Source: Zygnema circumcarinatum SAG 698-1b
Lineage: Eukaryota; Plantae; Zygnematophyceae
Reading direction: 5' to 3'
Length of the DNA stretch: 64,000 nucleotides
NCBI GenBank assembly: GCA_037447605.1
Contig: CM074804.1
Location: 3,821,909 to 3,885,908 of the forward strand
A program made the position numbers and the translations under genes. Below the pieces are notes generated by a model. That model made no database searches. It worked only from the letters and a program-made list of their open reading frames with translations, and had not been told where the DNA came from. Shown piece after piece: positions 24,674-38,000 of the stretch. How positions within the stretch are numbered: the stretch's first letter is position 1; every line of letters begins with the position of its first letter.

Positions 24674-25697
24674 GATTCAGTTCCCTAAAAAATACTATGG
24701 GTGATGTCACGACGTGTCACGACGATGAGACAATGGCGTCACATGTCGTCACGTGACATCACGTAAAAACCGGCGAGTGGCTGTCGCAAGATTCGCAACA
24801 CCAACGGTCCCTACGGTCATACTGTACAGTACCGGATTCCGTACATACTCAAACTTGGTTTCAAATGTTTTGGCGAATTTTATCGGTTAAAAATACCGGG
24901 CTTTAAACCAGAATTTAAAAATTGAAAAGTTTAAAGCTTCACAAGTGCGGCCATATCCCGAGGCGTTCGTGTCCGTTTCCCCTCAGGGCGGGCGGCCGCC
25001 GCCACAACAGGCTGGCTGGCGCTGCGCCGGACACGCGGCTCGTACAGGCCGTACAGTATGACCGTACCGACCGTTGCCGCTCTCGGGATCCACTCTACTC
25101 CTGCTGACAGTTTCTTGCTCAATCATATCGGGACACGTGTTTTCTTGTACGGACATTGCCGCGATGCCGAGGTCAATATCCGCCACGTGGTCCTCGGGTT
25201 ACTGGATAACTCCCCGAACCCTCTCTCGGCTGTAGCTTTCAACGAGGTTAATTTTGGCATGTTGCATAGAGAAGGAAGTGGATGCGATGTCGGTGGAGTC
25301 CCCGCAGACCCTTGAATCCTGCAGTTCGTTTGGTAGACCCGCCGATGGGTGGTGGATCTGAGCTCTGAAATATCTGTTCAAGACGGGTTATCTTTTGTCC
25401 CGAGCGGCTCGACCCGTCAGTGTCCCGTCAAGGCGGTACCGCGCGCTCGGTCGCTCGTAAAAACGCTTTTTGATCTCCCACTCAGGGACTGTGGGGGAGG
25501 GCATTAGGGAGGGCGGGGGCCGGGCCGCCGTGGCTGCTCGCAAGCAGAGGTCGTGCCAAAGTTATTCCTCTTCTTATAATAAGCTGCGGGGCTGTTGCCC
25601 CTGCTCGCCGCCATGGCCATGGGAGGGGAATAGGAGGTCTCAGAGGACAGTGTTCTCAGAAATAAGAGGAAAAACAGTGCTTTTGACGGTAGTTGCT

Positions 25698-28600
25698 ATG
25701 GCTCCGCGGCCGCGGGTAGAGGAGCTTGATGGCAGTCTCGAAACCACTGTAAAATCGCGGGGGGGCTTTCCTGGCTCCAATGGTGCTATGAGACTGCTCA
25801 TTCAGTTGAAGCGGGGCTCAGATAACTCGTCATTACAATCGAAGTTAGACAGGCGGCATTTTCTCCGAGGCCCCTTTGGACTTTTCACAATGCCTTGTGG
25901 AGTCCCAGCCGTCGTTGCCGTGATCAGCCTTCTACTTCTAGGACTGCTTGCAAGCAGTCATTCAATGCAAGATTTTCTTGAGTCGCAAGGGCAAGTTCGC
26001 AATGCTACAACACAAGGCGTAAAGGACCATCAAAAGAACAGGATGAGGTCAAGCTTTGGACTCGTTTCAACACCTTTGAATGGTGCATCATCTCGGAATA
26101 GTGCGCTGCTTGAAAAGCTTGAAGGGACGAATGAGCAACCTGTCAGGGACGAGATGCGGCCTTTCCGTTTGGAAGGCGAATCTCGAGGCAAGGACGAAAT
26201 GGACGGCAGTTCGGGGAGGTTTGAAGATGATGAAGTGGACATGAGCGGTAAGGCAGCTGCGACTGGTTCTAAGCTGGATGGAAGTGACAGACCGGATCCT
26301 GGAAGCGTAGATGCAATATCTGATATATTGGAGGCAGAAAACGGGAGTTGGGACAATTTCACACAGAAAGGAGATTTCGGTCGTATGCGTGATGCACTCA
26401 TTGCCGTCGATGGGAAGCTTCGCGTTCAAAATGTCTCACATGGAAAGGAACGAGCAACAAAATTAACAGCTTTTAAGCGAGCGTTGTCAGCCATTGTTGG
26501 AATAAAGTCATCGTCAGACGAGGATGACTTTGGAGTCAAGTGCGACACACCGGCCATAGTTAGCGTGGATCCGCCAGATGCTCAGATTTTAAGGGTATAC
26601 ATGTATGATTTGCCCCTGGACTTCAATTGGGAAATGCTGAGCGCCAAGGGGCGGCCCACCATGGGCGTGTTTGGTCCCGGCTTGTTTGAGACCGACTCGT
26701 TTCCTTCCCACAGTGACAGAAGATGGAAATGGGGCGGATGTCCGGGAAACCATTCAGCACAAGTCCCTGTTTATGCGGGAAATCCCTCTGTGAGTCAAAC
26801 ACCCTTCGACTTTCTGGAGTGCAGTAGTTTGTATCGAAGTCACATTATGTCCTTCGCACACATGTCTTTTCAAGAAATGTCAAAACTTTATCCTCTGCTG
26901 TCCTCGTCAACGCTTGAAAGTGCAAGAAATGCATTTCCTCGAATAGGAACGCGCATCCTCGAATAGAAAGGCACGTCTTTGACGTTTTCCTATGCTGGGA
27001 TACTATGTGTAGTTTGTTAAGGGCACGCCATATTGCATTCGCACTGCAAGTTTATTGAACTTTATTTGTGCTTTAGCGTTCGCTACTTGTTTGCTGCCGA
27101 CGAAAGCATCCTCATTTGCTTTACTTTTGGATAATCTACTTGAAAATTCATTTTGCCCAGTGGTCCGGGTATTGCATATCTGTTGTGCGGGTGAAGTTGA
27201 CTTCATTTGTCTTACGCACTTGATGCAAGACGGAAGAACAAAAAGTGAGCAGTAGACGTCGTCTGGTTTGCCTTTCTCATTTTGTTTTCCTTGCCTCAGC
27301 GTCTGGAATAGCTTCAGGACTTGTTCTTCTACATAGTCTGCATGATAACTATCGTTGGCTATTCGCTGGACTTTTTGGCCATTTCTCCAAAACGGTCTTT
27401 GGCTAACTTGCTCATCTATTCGGCATGTTACAGGCGCAACAGCACAGTGTGGCATATTACATGGTGCTTTCCCTATTGCAAGGCTTGCCTTCTATTCGCC
27501 GAGTGGCCAATCCTGAGGAAGCTCAACTATTCTTTGTGCCCTATTTTTCGTCCATAAGCTACAATAAATATTTGAGAAAAGAAGACAGCCGGGATGTGTA
27601 AGTCTCCGAAATTTCGAGTCTAGTTGAAAGAATGTTCAGTCTGAGCCAGAGAAATGTCGAGCGTCAAGCCGGCATCCTCTGCTGCTGGGGATAGGGACCA
27701 GAGCAAATAGCGATCAGCTATTAGCCGCGTAGAGCCACTTGAACACTCACCTCCTCTGCACATGAGTCAGCTTCTCATACTAATAGAATTCCTAGTCAGA
27801 CATGTCATTGTTACGCATGCCTTTTGGCATGTCTGTCTACATGGACGCTGCAGATGGAGCTTCCTCTTTCAGCATATTCCTGCAAACACACATAAACATA
27901 CTGTTTTTCCTGCTGATGGCTGTTGTGTAGCCTGTCTGCACAGGTTGTTACAGGAACAGCTAGTTGCATGGTTGGAAAAGCAGGAGCCATGGCAGCGGTC
28001 TAAGGGTCGAGACCATGTGATTGTGGCTCACCACCCGAATGCTATGGAACACTGCATGAGCAAGCTGCAAAATGCCGTCTTTGTAGTTTCTGATTTTTCA
28101 AGACCTCGCAGTAAGGTACGTTGACAATATTTTGCTTGTAAATTCGGCGGACGTGAGTTGGTTAGGAGAGAAACTTCTATGCGGCTCATTTTCTCGCCCG
28201 CTGGTTGCAATCTTCACACAGGGACTTCATCTGATGCCCAGCTTGGCTGTCTCTATCACGCTTGTGTTGGTCATTTAATAGAATATTAACAAAAAACAGG
28301 CAAAGAAAGAGAATCTGCATTGTGGTTCACCTCATTTAGTGACAGATGGTGATCTTCAATGTTTCTGGTACACTTGATACATTGCATTTGGCGGATGCTC
28401 AAAATATGCCTACGGTTATTGGAAAGTAAATAAAAATCTCATTCCATTTCTTGAATTAAAAAATCGAATTGGCTTGTGGTCATTGATTTGCAGCAATGAA
28501 TTTTTGGGTGCAGCATGCCGGCTGGCAATCGATATGCCAGCTGGCAGTCAGCTTGTGTTCATGTCCTTCTATTTTATTGAACACAGATCATTTCCTAGTG

Positions 28601-30030
28601 CAAGTCAGACTGCAGAAATAGATGCTCCCGTGCGGGTGTTGATGGAAGAGCGAGTGGTTTGGCCATTGCTTGGCAGGGCTCTTATTACGAAAAGGACGTT
28701 GTAGCACCCTACAAAGCTTTTGTGTCTCCTTTCTGGAAGGATAGCTCCAACAGCACTACTAGCTGGAATGCACGACCAACACTGCTCTTCTTTCAGGGTG
28801 GTTTTAAGCGCAAGAGGGTAAGTTGTAAATCAGCATGGTGAAAATGAAGTTGCCGGTTGTTTGGCTTGTCGAGGGAGTGACCGGTGCTAAGTGTGTTGTG
28901 AACAAGTCTATTCAAGAGCTGATGAGGACCGTCGTTGCCTGTCCCCTATCCATTGCCGATTGCCGTATGCAGGGTGGCTTTATTCGCGAGAAGCTCAAGG
29001 AGGTTCTGAATGGGAAGGAGGGAGTAACGCTTGTGGAAAGCAGACCAAGCCAAAGTTCAATTCAAGGGGCTGCTCTTGGCTTTCAGCAATCTAAATTTTG
29101 CCTCATGCCTGCAGGTAAACAATATTTCTTTGGGTGCTTCTGCCCTTGAATTTTAGAACGAGGGCTTTATTCTAGCATCCATTCTAGCCTTCCCACAGAC
29201 CATAGTTGTTTGGCTTGTATGGGCCGTCAGCTCGCCTTGTACTTCCTGTACTTTGTTTTGGGAAAAATTGGCATTGTTTTGCAGCGTTCCGCAACTCAGG
29301 AGGTAAAGCAGCATAAGCCATGTTTTGGACATACTATTCTGGCGTCAATGTTGAGGTCGTACTGTTCTCCGGGGCTTTCTAGATCACGACCGGCCATCTT
29401 GGTTTCCTCCTTCAATGACCTTCGCCCTGTTTTATTACAAAAATGATACAATAGTGGAGTATTTTCTTAACAACTTGGTGTCTGTTGCTGCAGGTGATAC
29501 CCCGTCATCTTGTCGACTCTTCGATACCATCCTTAGTCACTGTGTCCCAGTGGTGGTGAGTCAGGCGCTGGAGTTGCCGTATGAGGATATCCTGGACTAC
29601 TCCTCATTTGCAATTTTCGTGCCGACATATAAGGCCCTCACGCCTGGCTACTTGCTGAATGTGCTGAGGAACATCACTAGGGAGCAATGGGAAGTTATGC
29701 ACCAGAAATTGCTGAAGGTATGGGCCCTAATAGAACAGCTATATGTATAGGGCTCATATGCGTTCCTCATTCTTGATTTGAGGAAATTGGTGAAAGCATA
29801 TTTATATGGCTGAGCTAAAAACCGTCTTCACTTGTGCGTGGCTGGCGCATGGTTGGATGCAGGTGAAACATTTCTTTCAATATGAGCATCCTGCTGTAGC
29901 GGGTGGTGCTGAAGAGATGATTTGGCAGGCAGTGGCTCGAAAGCTTAAGAAGAACAAACCAGCAGATTATCGAGAGAAGCGGCTCCAGCTTCAAGAACGC
30001 GAGAAAGACCCTTCATCCAATTATTTGTAG
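25698..30030 (+). CDS. Exostosin-family glycosyltransferase (GT47), ARAD/arabinosyltransferase-like type II membrane protein, 7 exons; start codon not certain
   Basis: TM segment VPAVVAVISLLLLGLLAS; LRVYMYDLP; QQHSVAYYMVLSLL...EEAQLFFVPYFSSISYNK; WQRSKGRDHVIVAHHPNAM; KDVVAPYK; RPTLLFFQG; SKFCLMPA|GDTPSSCRLFDTILSHCVPVVVSQALELPYEDILDYSSF; MIWQAVARK. Confidence 0.93.
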
Positions 30031-31122
30031 TATAAGCCAAACGGCTTTCAGATGCATCATACAAGAAGCGCAAACTGAGGCTTCTGTGAAAACAATCGGC
30101 CCTTGATGCTCCCCATCTGAGGCTGAATAATTCCTTCTCACTTTGCTCGGTATGTAGTTCGTCACTGTCTGACCTACTTGAACTACTTCTTTTCACTCTG
30201 TGTTTCATGCGGGCTCCACTCCTTTCTTTAGAAGCATCACCTTGCAGCAGCGGGAACAGGGAAATGGTGGACTCAATAAGAGCAGGTTTGCCAAAGTTGC
30301 TGGCATTATCTGCAGGCAGCAAGTTGCTAGTCTCTGGACCCTTCCATTTGTACTACCCTTCCAACAAGGAGGCAAATAGAGAGGAGGTTTTGTAGTGCTC
30401 CTGTCATGGCAATCATCGAAGTGACGGCTGGTCGTTGAGTCAGGCAGCAGTTTTCTTGCAACCAGGAAGGAGGCTAGGATTCCCCGTGAGGGTGTGACTG
30501 ACACTCGGAGGAGAATCCATAGCTAGTATTCGGTATCCTAACGTCCTATTTTCCGACTTTCATTAAGAGAAGCAGCGGGAACTAGATGAATATTCAGTTT
30601 TACCCGATTCCATGGCGCTTGGGCAGACATATGGCAGTGGATAAGCAGGCAAACTTTCGGGCTTCAAAGTCGCTCACTTTTGGCCTTCGTCACCCTGTCA
30701 ATTCGGGCGCTTTTATTGGCTGCCAGTGGCAGTAACCTGTGTACAGATTTTGTGAAGGCTTTGGAGTGATCCTCTTGCTCCATCCGTGTTTTAATTATGT
30801 TACGGCCAATTGTGTCACGGAGTCTTGACTTGAAACTTTGCACGAATAGGACAAATGTGAGGGTGCACACGGGCGGATTGATCTCCATTAGGTTGTATTG
30901 AACAAACGATTTTCTGGCACACAGGTGCTTACGAGAATCTGTCGTCTATATGTCTCGCAGACGTGTAAGCCGCCTTGCTAATGTATATGCCGGTCGGAGA
31001 GAAGGGTGTAAAAGCAATAATGGTCACGACATCTTGCCGCCTTCTAATCAAAACTAAACAGACGAACCTAGAAGCAGATTTCTGCTCGTATTTGTTTCAC
31101 TCCTCTATAGGTATTTTGTTAT

Positions 31123-31522
31123 CAATTCCTCGTGGCTTCCCATGTTGTCGCGTTCATGTACATGTGATGGCCTCGCCATCGTGAGCCCAATGCCCCCGCC
31201 ATCCATCCATCCATCCATCCATCCATCCATCCCAAAGGCAGAGATCGGACGCGGGGCGCACGGTTGGACGCAGTCGCAGACGGATGCCACGGTGCGGCAC
31301 ATGCTGCGGGCCCGCGCTCTGTCGGTCTGTCTGTCTGGACGGACGGACGGCCGGACGGATATTCCGCGCCATTCCACGGTCCGTCGCCGTGCGATATGCC
31401 GATATGCTATGTTATATGCTGTTATATGCCATGCCATGGGAAGGGATGGGGCATGAATCCCACGATGGTGATGCCATCAAATGTACATGGACAACATCAT
31501 CATGGGGAACCACGAGGAACTG
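31123..31522. mobile_element. About 400-bp inverted-repeat (MITE-like) element
   Basis: Left arm CAATTCCTCGTGGCTTCCCATG...CATGTACATGTGATGGCCTCGCCATCGTG (31123-31200) versus the reverse complement of 31445-31522, CAGTTCCTCGTGGTTCCCCATG...CATGTACATTTGATGGCATCACCATCGTG. No TSD found. Confidence 0.6.
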
Positions 31523-31525
31523 GTC

Positions 31526-31838
31526 GCCATGCCATGCCATGTGATATGCTATTGTATGCCAGGCCATGCCATGCCATGTGATATGCTATAGTATGCCAGG
31601 CCATGCCATGCCATGTGATATGCTATTGTTATGCCAGGCCATGCCATGCCATGTGATATGCTATTGTTACGCCAGGCCATGCCATGCCATATGATATGCT
31701 ATTGTTATGCCAGGCCATGCCATGCCATGTGATATGCTATTGTTATGCCAGGCCATGCCATGCCATGTGATATGCTATTGTTATGCCAGGCCATGCCATG
31801 CCATGTGATATGCTACTGTATGCCATGCCCTGCCATGG
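31526..31838. repeat. Minisatellite, 8 copies of an approximately 37-38-bp unit GCCAGGCCATGCCATGCCATGTGATATGCTATTGTTAT, upstream of the ORP gene
   Basis: The GTGATATGCT core recurs about every 38 bp from about 31541 to about 31805. Confidence 0.92.
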
Positions 31839-32069
31839 GCAGGTCCGTCCGTCCGTCCCGCGCGGCGCGGCGAGGTGGCCTCGTGGCGTGTCGCCGTCGC
31901 TCACGGCCACGCGGCGCGCGGGGAAGGGGACAGACCGACAGACAGACAGTGGGAGAGAGAGAGGGGGAGAGAGACATAGGCGGCCATGCGGGGAGGCGCT
32001 TTCCGGGGCTGCCTCTCGCCGGGGGGGGGAGGGAGCAGGGACGAGGACGAGGACGAGGGGAAGGGCGCC

Positions 32070-35000
32070 ATGGCGGCAGCGGGGCGGAGCGGGCCGCTTG
32101 TTCCGCGCTCCCATCCGCTTGTTCCTGGGACGTCGCCGTCAGGCACTAGCCGACCGCTGTTAGGGAGCTCCGGAAATCTGCTGGTGGATGGGCTGATGGT
32201 GGAGCAGGGGATTGTTATCGGAGTGCTGCAGAAGTGGGTGAATATTGGCAGGGGATGGAAGCCGCGCTGGTTTGTTCTTGAAAAGGTGAGGCTTGAGAAG
32301 CTTGGAAGGGCTCTTCCCAGGATGAAGGATGTTTTGATGCTTCAAGGGGAAGCGGAGCAAGAAAAAAATTGGTTCCTGCTGGAACGTTGCTGATGAGAAG
32401 GACATAAGAGGGAACAGTTATGAATCGTAGTGTATGAAAGCTTGGCTACGCTTTTTGGCAAAGTACACATACGAACAAGGAAATATCCTAGCTTCATTGT
32501 TTCCAGGAAAGCATATATGTTGTCGTGTAATGGTGAAGAGAACAGAATTTCGTGAGGGTCATTGCGGTCCCGTTTTTTTTTTTTTTTTTTTCCCACTGAC
32601 CGATTTTTTGAGAACGTGCATGATTTTCAGGGCGTTATTTCATACTACAAGTTAGAGAATGCGGAACGACATTTTATAGCGAAAGAGCTGCAACGAAGAC
32701 CAGATTCAAAATGTGTAGGCGAGGAAGCTATCCGATTGGCCAACAAGGAAAAGAAGGCGCCCAGCTCCAATGGAGACTCTGACGAAAGAAAGCCTCTTGG
32801 GAAAGTCCACTTGCAGGTATGTAAGGTTGAGCATGCGCATTTCAGTCACAGAGAATGGAGCCTATATGGTCCACTCTCAGAATTTTTTTTTCTCGGGCTT
32901 GAAGAAAGTGGCGTTTTCCTAAAAATAAAATGTTTTCTATTATTACATTTGCTCTTTTTCAAACGACTCTGACTTCTGCGTCCATTTCTTTTTCAGGTGG
33001 CTACACTTAGAGCAAGCGAGTCCGATGATAAAAAATTTTACATCTTCAGTGGGACGAAAACTTTGCACCTGAAGGCGGATTCGAAAGAGGACAGGCAGAT
33101 ATGGTTGGACTCCCTTCAGGTTCTGTAATCTGCCCACCGAATTTTGCATGATTTTTTTCAAACCAAGCCTTGCTTGCGTAGCCTCCTTCTCAGGCTCGGT
33201 TAAAGGGACACAATTGATGGCGTCGGGAAAGAAATACAACTGCAGACAATGTGAAGGCCCTGTGTGACTTGAATTAAAGTGCACATAATCTAGTATTTAA
33301 TCTGCTTTGCCGACTTTCTCAGTGAATGTGAACATAGTTTGCTCCTTTAGTGTACGTTCACCGTGACTGCGCCACAGAAACGTATCCTTACTAGTCTAAC
33401 AAGGTAGGTCATAAAGTAAAGACTGGAGGAGGGCCACAAGGCAACCTTCCCATGACAGGAGGCGATCGAAAAAGGCAGTGCTGGCTCATGTGCGATTTTT
33501 TTTGCATATTTCGAAAATGATTTGGGACTAATGTTTCTTCTCCCGAGACTTTGCAGAGCCTATGATTTCTATACTTTGTCTCAGTTTAATATAGGACGAA
33601 GAACGTTTTCATAGTGTGTGTTTAAAAGGGGTCTTTGTATATGATGCAGTTTTGCATCAGGGCCTAGTTAGGCGGAAATGTTTTCTTTTGCCTGGGCTAC
33701 ATACATATTAAGATTTCCCTTCCTTTACACATGGAAAGGCTCTACTGGTCACAACTTTGTCAGATGCAAAACTCTTATTCTAAACGAAGTTGTTCTCACC
33801 TTCGCTGCTTCCGGAAACCCAGGCTCTTGTTAGTTTTTTGGTGAATGCAAATGAGGGGCTTCACATGAAAGTCTTATGACAAGTCCTTCTCACAAGATTT
33901 AGCAATCAAGTGGGCTGAAAGCTTTATCGTTTTGTTATCGCCACTCCTGTCTAGGCTGGCTGCAACCGTTTCTAACTCCTTGAACTAGTTTATAAAGCGT
34001 TTCCTTTTTCGGCAACGTTTTTTTTCTTGTTGTCGTAGTGATATAGCTTAGGTGCCACACTCTCCAGTATTCCAACCATCTTATTGAATTGCCCACTCTA
34101 AGCATAGGGTACCTCGTTAATAATTAGTAACGTAGTTTCCGCTTCCCTTAACCCTAAAAACCCTAAAAACCCTAAAAACCTCTTTTCACGTCGTATGTCT
34201 ATTCGTTTTCAAGCTAGAGGACAATTAGTAGCCATTCAAAGCTATAGGAATATTTCCATCAAATATGCATTATGTGCGCTCGACTCCAGCTGAGTAGAGC
34301 ATCGTCGCATGTTTGTAGGTACTTAAAAATTACCCTTCTAAACGCCGAAACTCTTGAATTCTTTATGTTTTTCTGTCCTTGCATCCTTTCCTGGTTACCA
34401 ATATCCTCGCTCACGCAGTCCCCTCCATTTTGAGGTGGAATCAACTGAAAGGTTCCACGAGGAAAAGCTCGTGGATTTTGCAGGTCTTGTGAGCCTTTGA
34501 ACGTCTTGTTGTCGGGGCACTTTACAGCGTATCTAGCTGAAGTAGCGTATGTATGGGGTTGCTTTCAAATAAGCTTGCATTGCGCCTACGGCGATCCTTC
34601 AAAATAGAGGAGCAATGAAATCTGTAGTCATGCACGTCGTACCATTAGTATCTAGCCCCCTTTGGGATACAGTTGAAAGCAGGGCCAACCGTGATGTTTT
34701 TGGGTGTTCCGGAGTAGCAGGGGTTTCCCCCGCTTATCTCATGAGGATTGGCTTTTAAAGCAACAGTCCAATGTTATCCTGTTCACCTGCGTGCAATATG
34801 TAGAAGAAACATTTTTCACAGAAGTCCTCATAGTCGGCCGGAAAGTGTGACGTTTTCCGTTTTGCTCGAATTCCTTCCATGCAAGGCTTGCAGACCCTTA
34901 AAGATATTTTCGCTGCTACCCCACACTCCCTTGAAGTTCCACCAGTAGAAGACGTGCGCGCTTCCACTGAGCCCCTGCGCAGGCGGCTGCAGGAGGCAGG

Positions 35001-38000
35001 AGTTTCAGCTGAAGTTATCCAGGAATGTGAGGACATCGTGCAAAATGAGATATGCGGGCCATTGGCAGCTGACCTCAAGGATGAAAGGCAACGGAAACAG
35101 AGACTCTACTCCCGCCTGGAACAGCTTGAAGTAAGCTGGGCTCCTGTGGTGTATGTCCAGCACGTCCTTTTGTGCTGCAAACATAGGACTGGACTGATCT
35201 TTTGCAGCTTGTGTCTTGACGAAGCTGCAGATGGGATAGCAGAAATGCTGAAACTGATTATGGTTGTTAGATTGCAATGTTCATATGCAACTTTGTGCTA
35301 TGGAGGGCTAAAATTGGAGAAAGGAGGAGGATGACATGGCAGGCAGAAAAGGTGGAATTGGAGACGCAAGTGGTACATGAATCTCTTTACGCTCGCGGAG
35401 AACAAGTACACAATGAGAAGCCAACTTCAGGTTTGAATACACGTGTTCTGCTCGGACTATGCTGTTTTCACATAATGGCCAAATGGCATGCAATGGGGCT
35501 GTTGTCAAGGACTCGTGCAAAACAGTAGTGCTAATTCCTGTTGCATAGAGACCTGAACTATTGGAGATTGCTCAGTTCAGTTATTTTGGTGCGTTTAATC
35601 TGTTGCAGACAGAGAATATGCCTACAGTCATGATGGTGAAGATGACATAGAAGAGCATGCAGACGGACGGCAAGGCTTCGATGAGGATGATGAGGATCTT
35701 GAGTTTTTTGAAGCAGCAGAGGACTTTGCTCAGAACGTTAGGAAACGGAGTCCCGATTTAGCTCCCAGGGTTGCTAAGCCGAGCCCTTTAGCAGACAAAG
35801 TGCTTGTGGCAGGGCCACCTCCAGGGGAGCTTCCAATAGAAAAAGTGGGCCACAGTTATCCTGTCGTGCAGCGTAGGTTGCAGTTACCAGAACCGAAGCA
35901 GAAAGAGAAGCCTGTCAGTTTGTGGAGCATCATCAAGGACTGTGTAGGGAAAGACCTTTCACATATTTGCTTGCCAGTTTACTTCAACGAGCCCATATCG
36001 ACCCTCCAGAAATGTTTTGAGGAGATGGAGTATTCTGGCCTTGTCGACCGTGCATACGAGTGGGGCCGGCGAGTGAGTTGCAAACCCTAACATGGTTATT
36101 GGATGTGAGCTGGGGGAGTGCAGGTTGGACTGACGAGTGAAAAAATCTCAGTATGTAATGCGGACTTGACAAAATGAACCGAACTCCGGTTTAATTGGCC
36201 CGCTGAATTTTGCGTGGTTTTCTACCTATGTTTGCAGGGAAATCAATTAATGAGAGCGCTTCATGTGGCAGCCTTCGCAGTTTCAGGCTATGCACCAACT
36301 GCAGGTCGCAGCAATAAGCCATTCAATCCCTTGCTGGGTGAAACATTTGAAGCAGCGTGGGAAGACAAAGGCTGCCGGTTTATTTCTGAGAAGGTGATTC
36401 TCACCTAGTAGGCTTTCCCGGCATCACGGCGTTCCTTGGACAGGCTGACCCAGCTGATGGGCTGTGTTTCATCCAAGCTCAGTTTTGCTGATCCAAGTTA
36501 TGCAGTCCGTATGCACGCTGATATTGGATTGTCTGTGGGTGTGGGGCTGGCTCCATGTCATAGGTAAGCCACCATCCGAACATTGTGGCATGTTATTGCG
36601 AAGGCCAGGGATGGGAATTTTCAGGCGACTGCAATCTAAAAAATACATTTTGGGGACCCTCCATCACTCTTCATCCAACCGGCACCCTTGCTCTTAAATT
36701 TAGTGACGGAGAAGAATTCACCTGGTCGAAGGTAGGCAGCAATGCCCTGGCTGTTGGATTTCAAACATGTTCTCTTATGTTAGTTCTCCGTGGTCATAGA
36801 GCAAACTATTGCTAGCCGGAACTGTAGGTCGGAGTATTATGAGCGTGGTAGATCAAGTACTTGCATGGAAAGCGATAAGAGTTTTGGCTGTGTTTGACAA
36901 TTCTTGGCACAGGTAACGACAGGCATCTATAACATCATTTTGGGGAAGCCGACAATAGATCATTATGGTATGATGAAAATTGAGGGGAATCGGGGAATGT
37001 CTATCGCTATAAACTTCAAGCAGCAGACGCTCATCGACAGGACACCTCACCAGGTCTGAATAACAAGTCCTATTTACTCAGACCTATGGTCATTGGTCGC
37101 CGGCAGACCGTGTCAGAGGTAGGAACACAATGTGTGATTTTAAAATTGAGCATCTGAGAGGATCAAAGGTTAGCGCTAAGAATGAGTGATTGGATCTTCT
37201 TATGTATGTAAGATAAAAAATAAGGGATGAATCAACATTAACCTTTGAGGGATACATTGGATGGACTATTTTCTTCGATTGTCTTTCACTTTGGGATGTA
37301 TCTTTCCAATTTTCACTTCTCGACGCATACAGAATGCAGCAGCAGCTCGCAGCTCTGGTTACTTTCTGAAGCATCTTTTTTATGTTCAGCGACATGAAGT
37401 TAAGTAGTGTTAGGTAGCGGGAGGGAGTATGAGGACTGATGACCTGCATTATTGCATGGATTTCATCCTTTCATTATCCTTAAACCTTCTACCCTTGAAT
37501 TGTTGACAGGTGGTCGGTTTTGTGAAGAATGATAAAACCGGAGAGAAGCTAGCGTCAGTGATCGGAAAATGGGATCAGTCACTTCATTATGTGTTAGGAG
37601 ACCTCTCAAAGAAGCAACAGAAAGGAGACATGTCAAGTTTGCCAAATGCAGAGCTTTTGTGGCAAAAGTCCCCTCCTTCGAAGTGGCCCACCCGCTACAA
37701 TCTCACTGCCTTTGCCATTACTCTTAACGAACTGACTTCAGGATTAAAGGTAGGCGACTGTGTTTGGCTTTCCCTATCTGGTGTTTAACTTGTTATTTCA
37801 AACTCTTTACCTGAAACACATGAAAGCTCCATGCATAACTTCACCTACCTGCTAATATATCGTTTCAGATTATGGTACTAGGTATTTCTGAGGATATTTG
37901 AACGCCGGAGCTTTTATTGGAACTTTCTCTCTGTCTCACCATGCACGTTCATGCGCTCTGGACAGGAATGGCTGCCGCCAACAGATTCTAGGTTGAGACC

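Noticed and set aside
29945-30888. Minus-strand ORFs downstream of GT47 as a separate gene
   Set aside because: No coherent splice chain or protein motif; probably UTR or intergenic.
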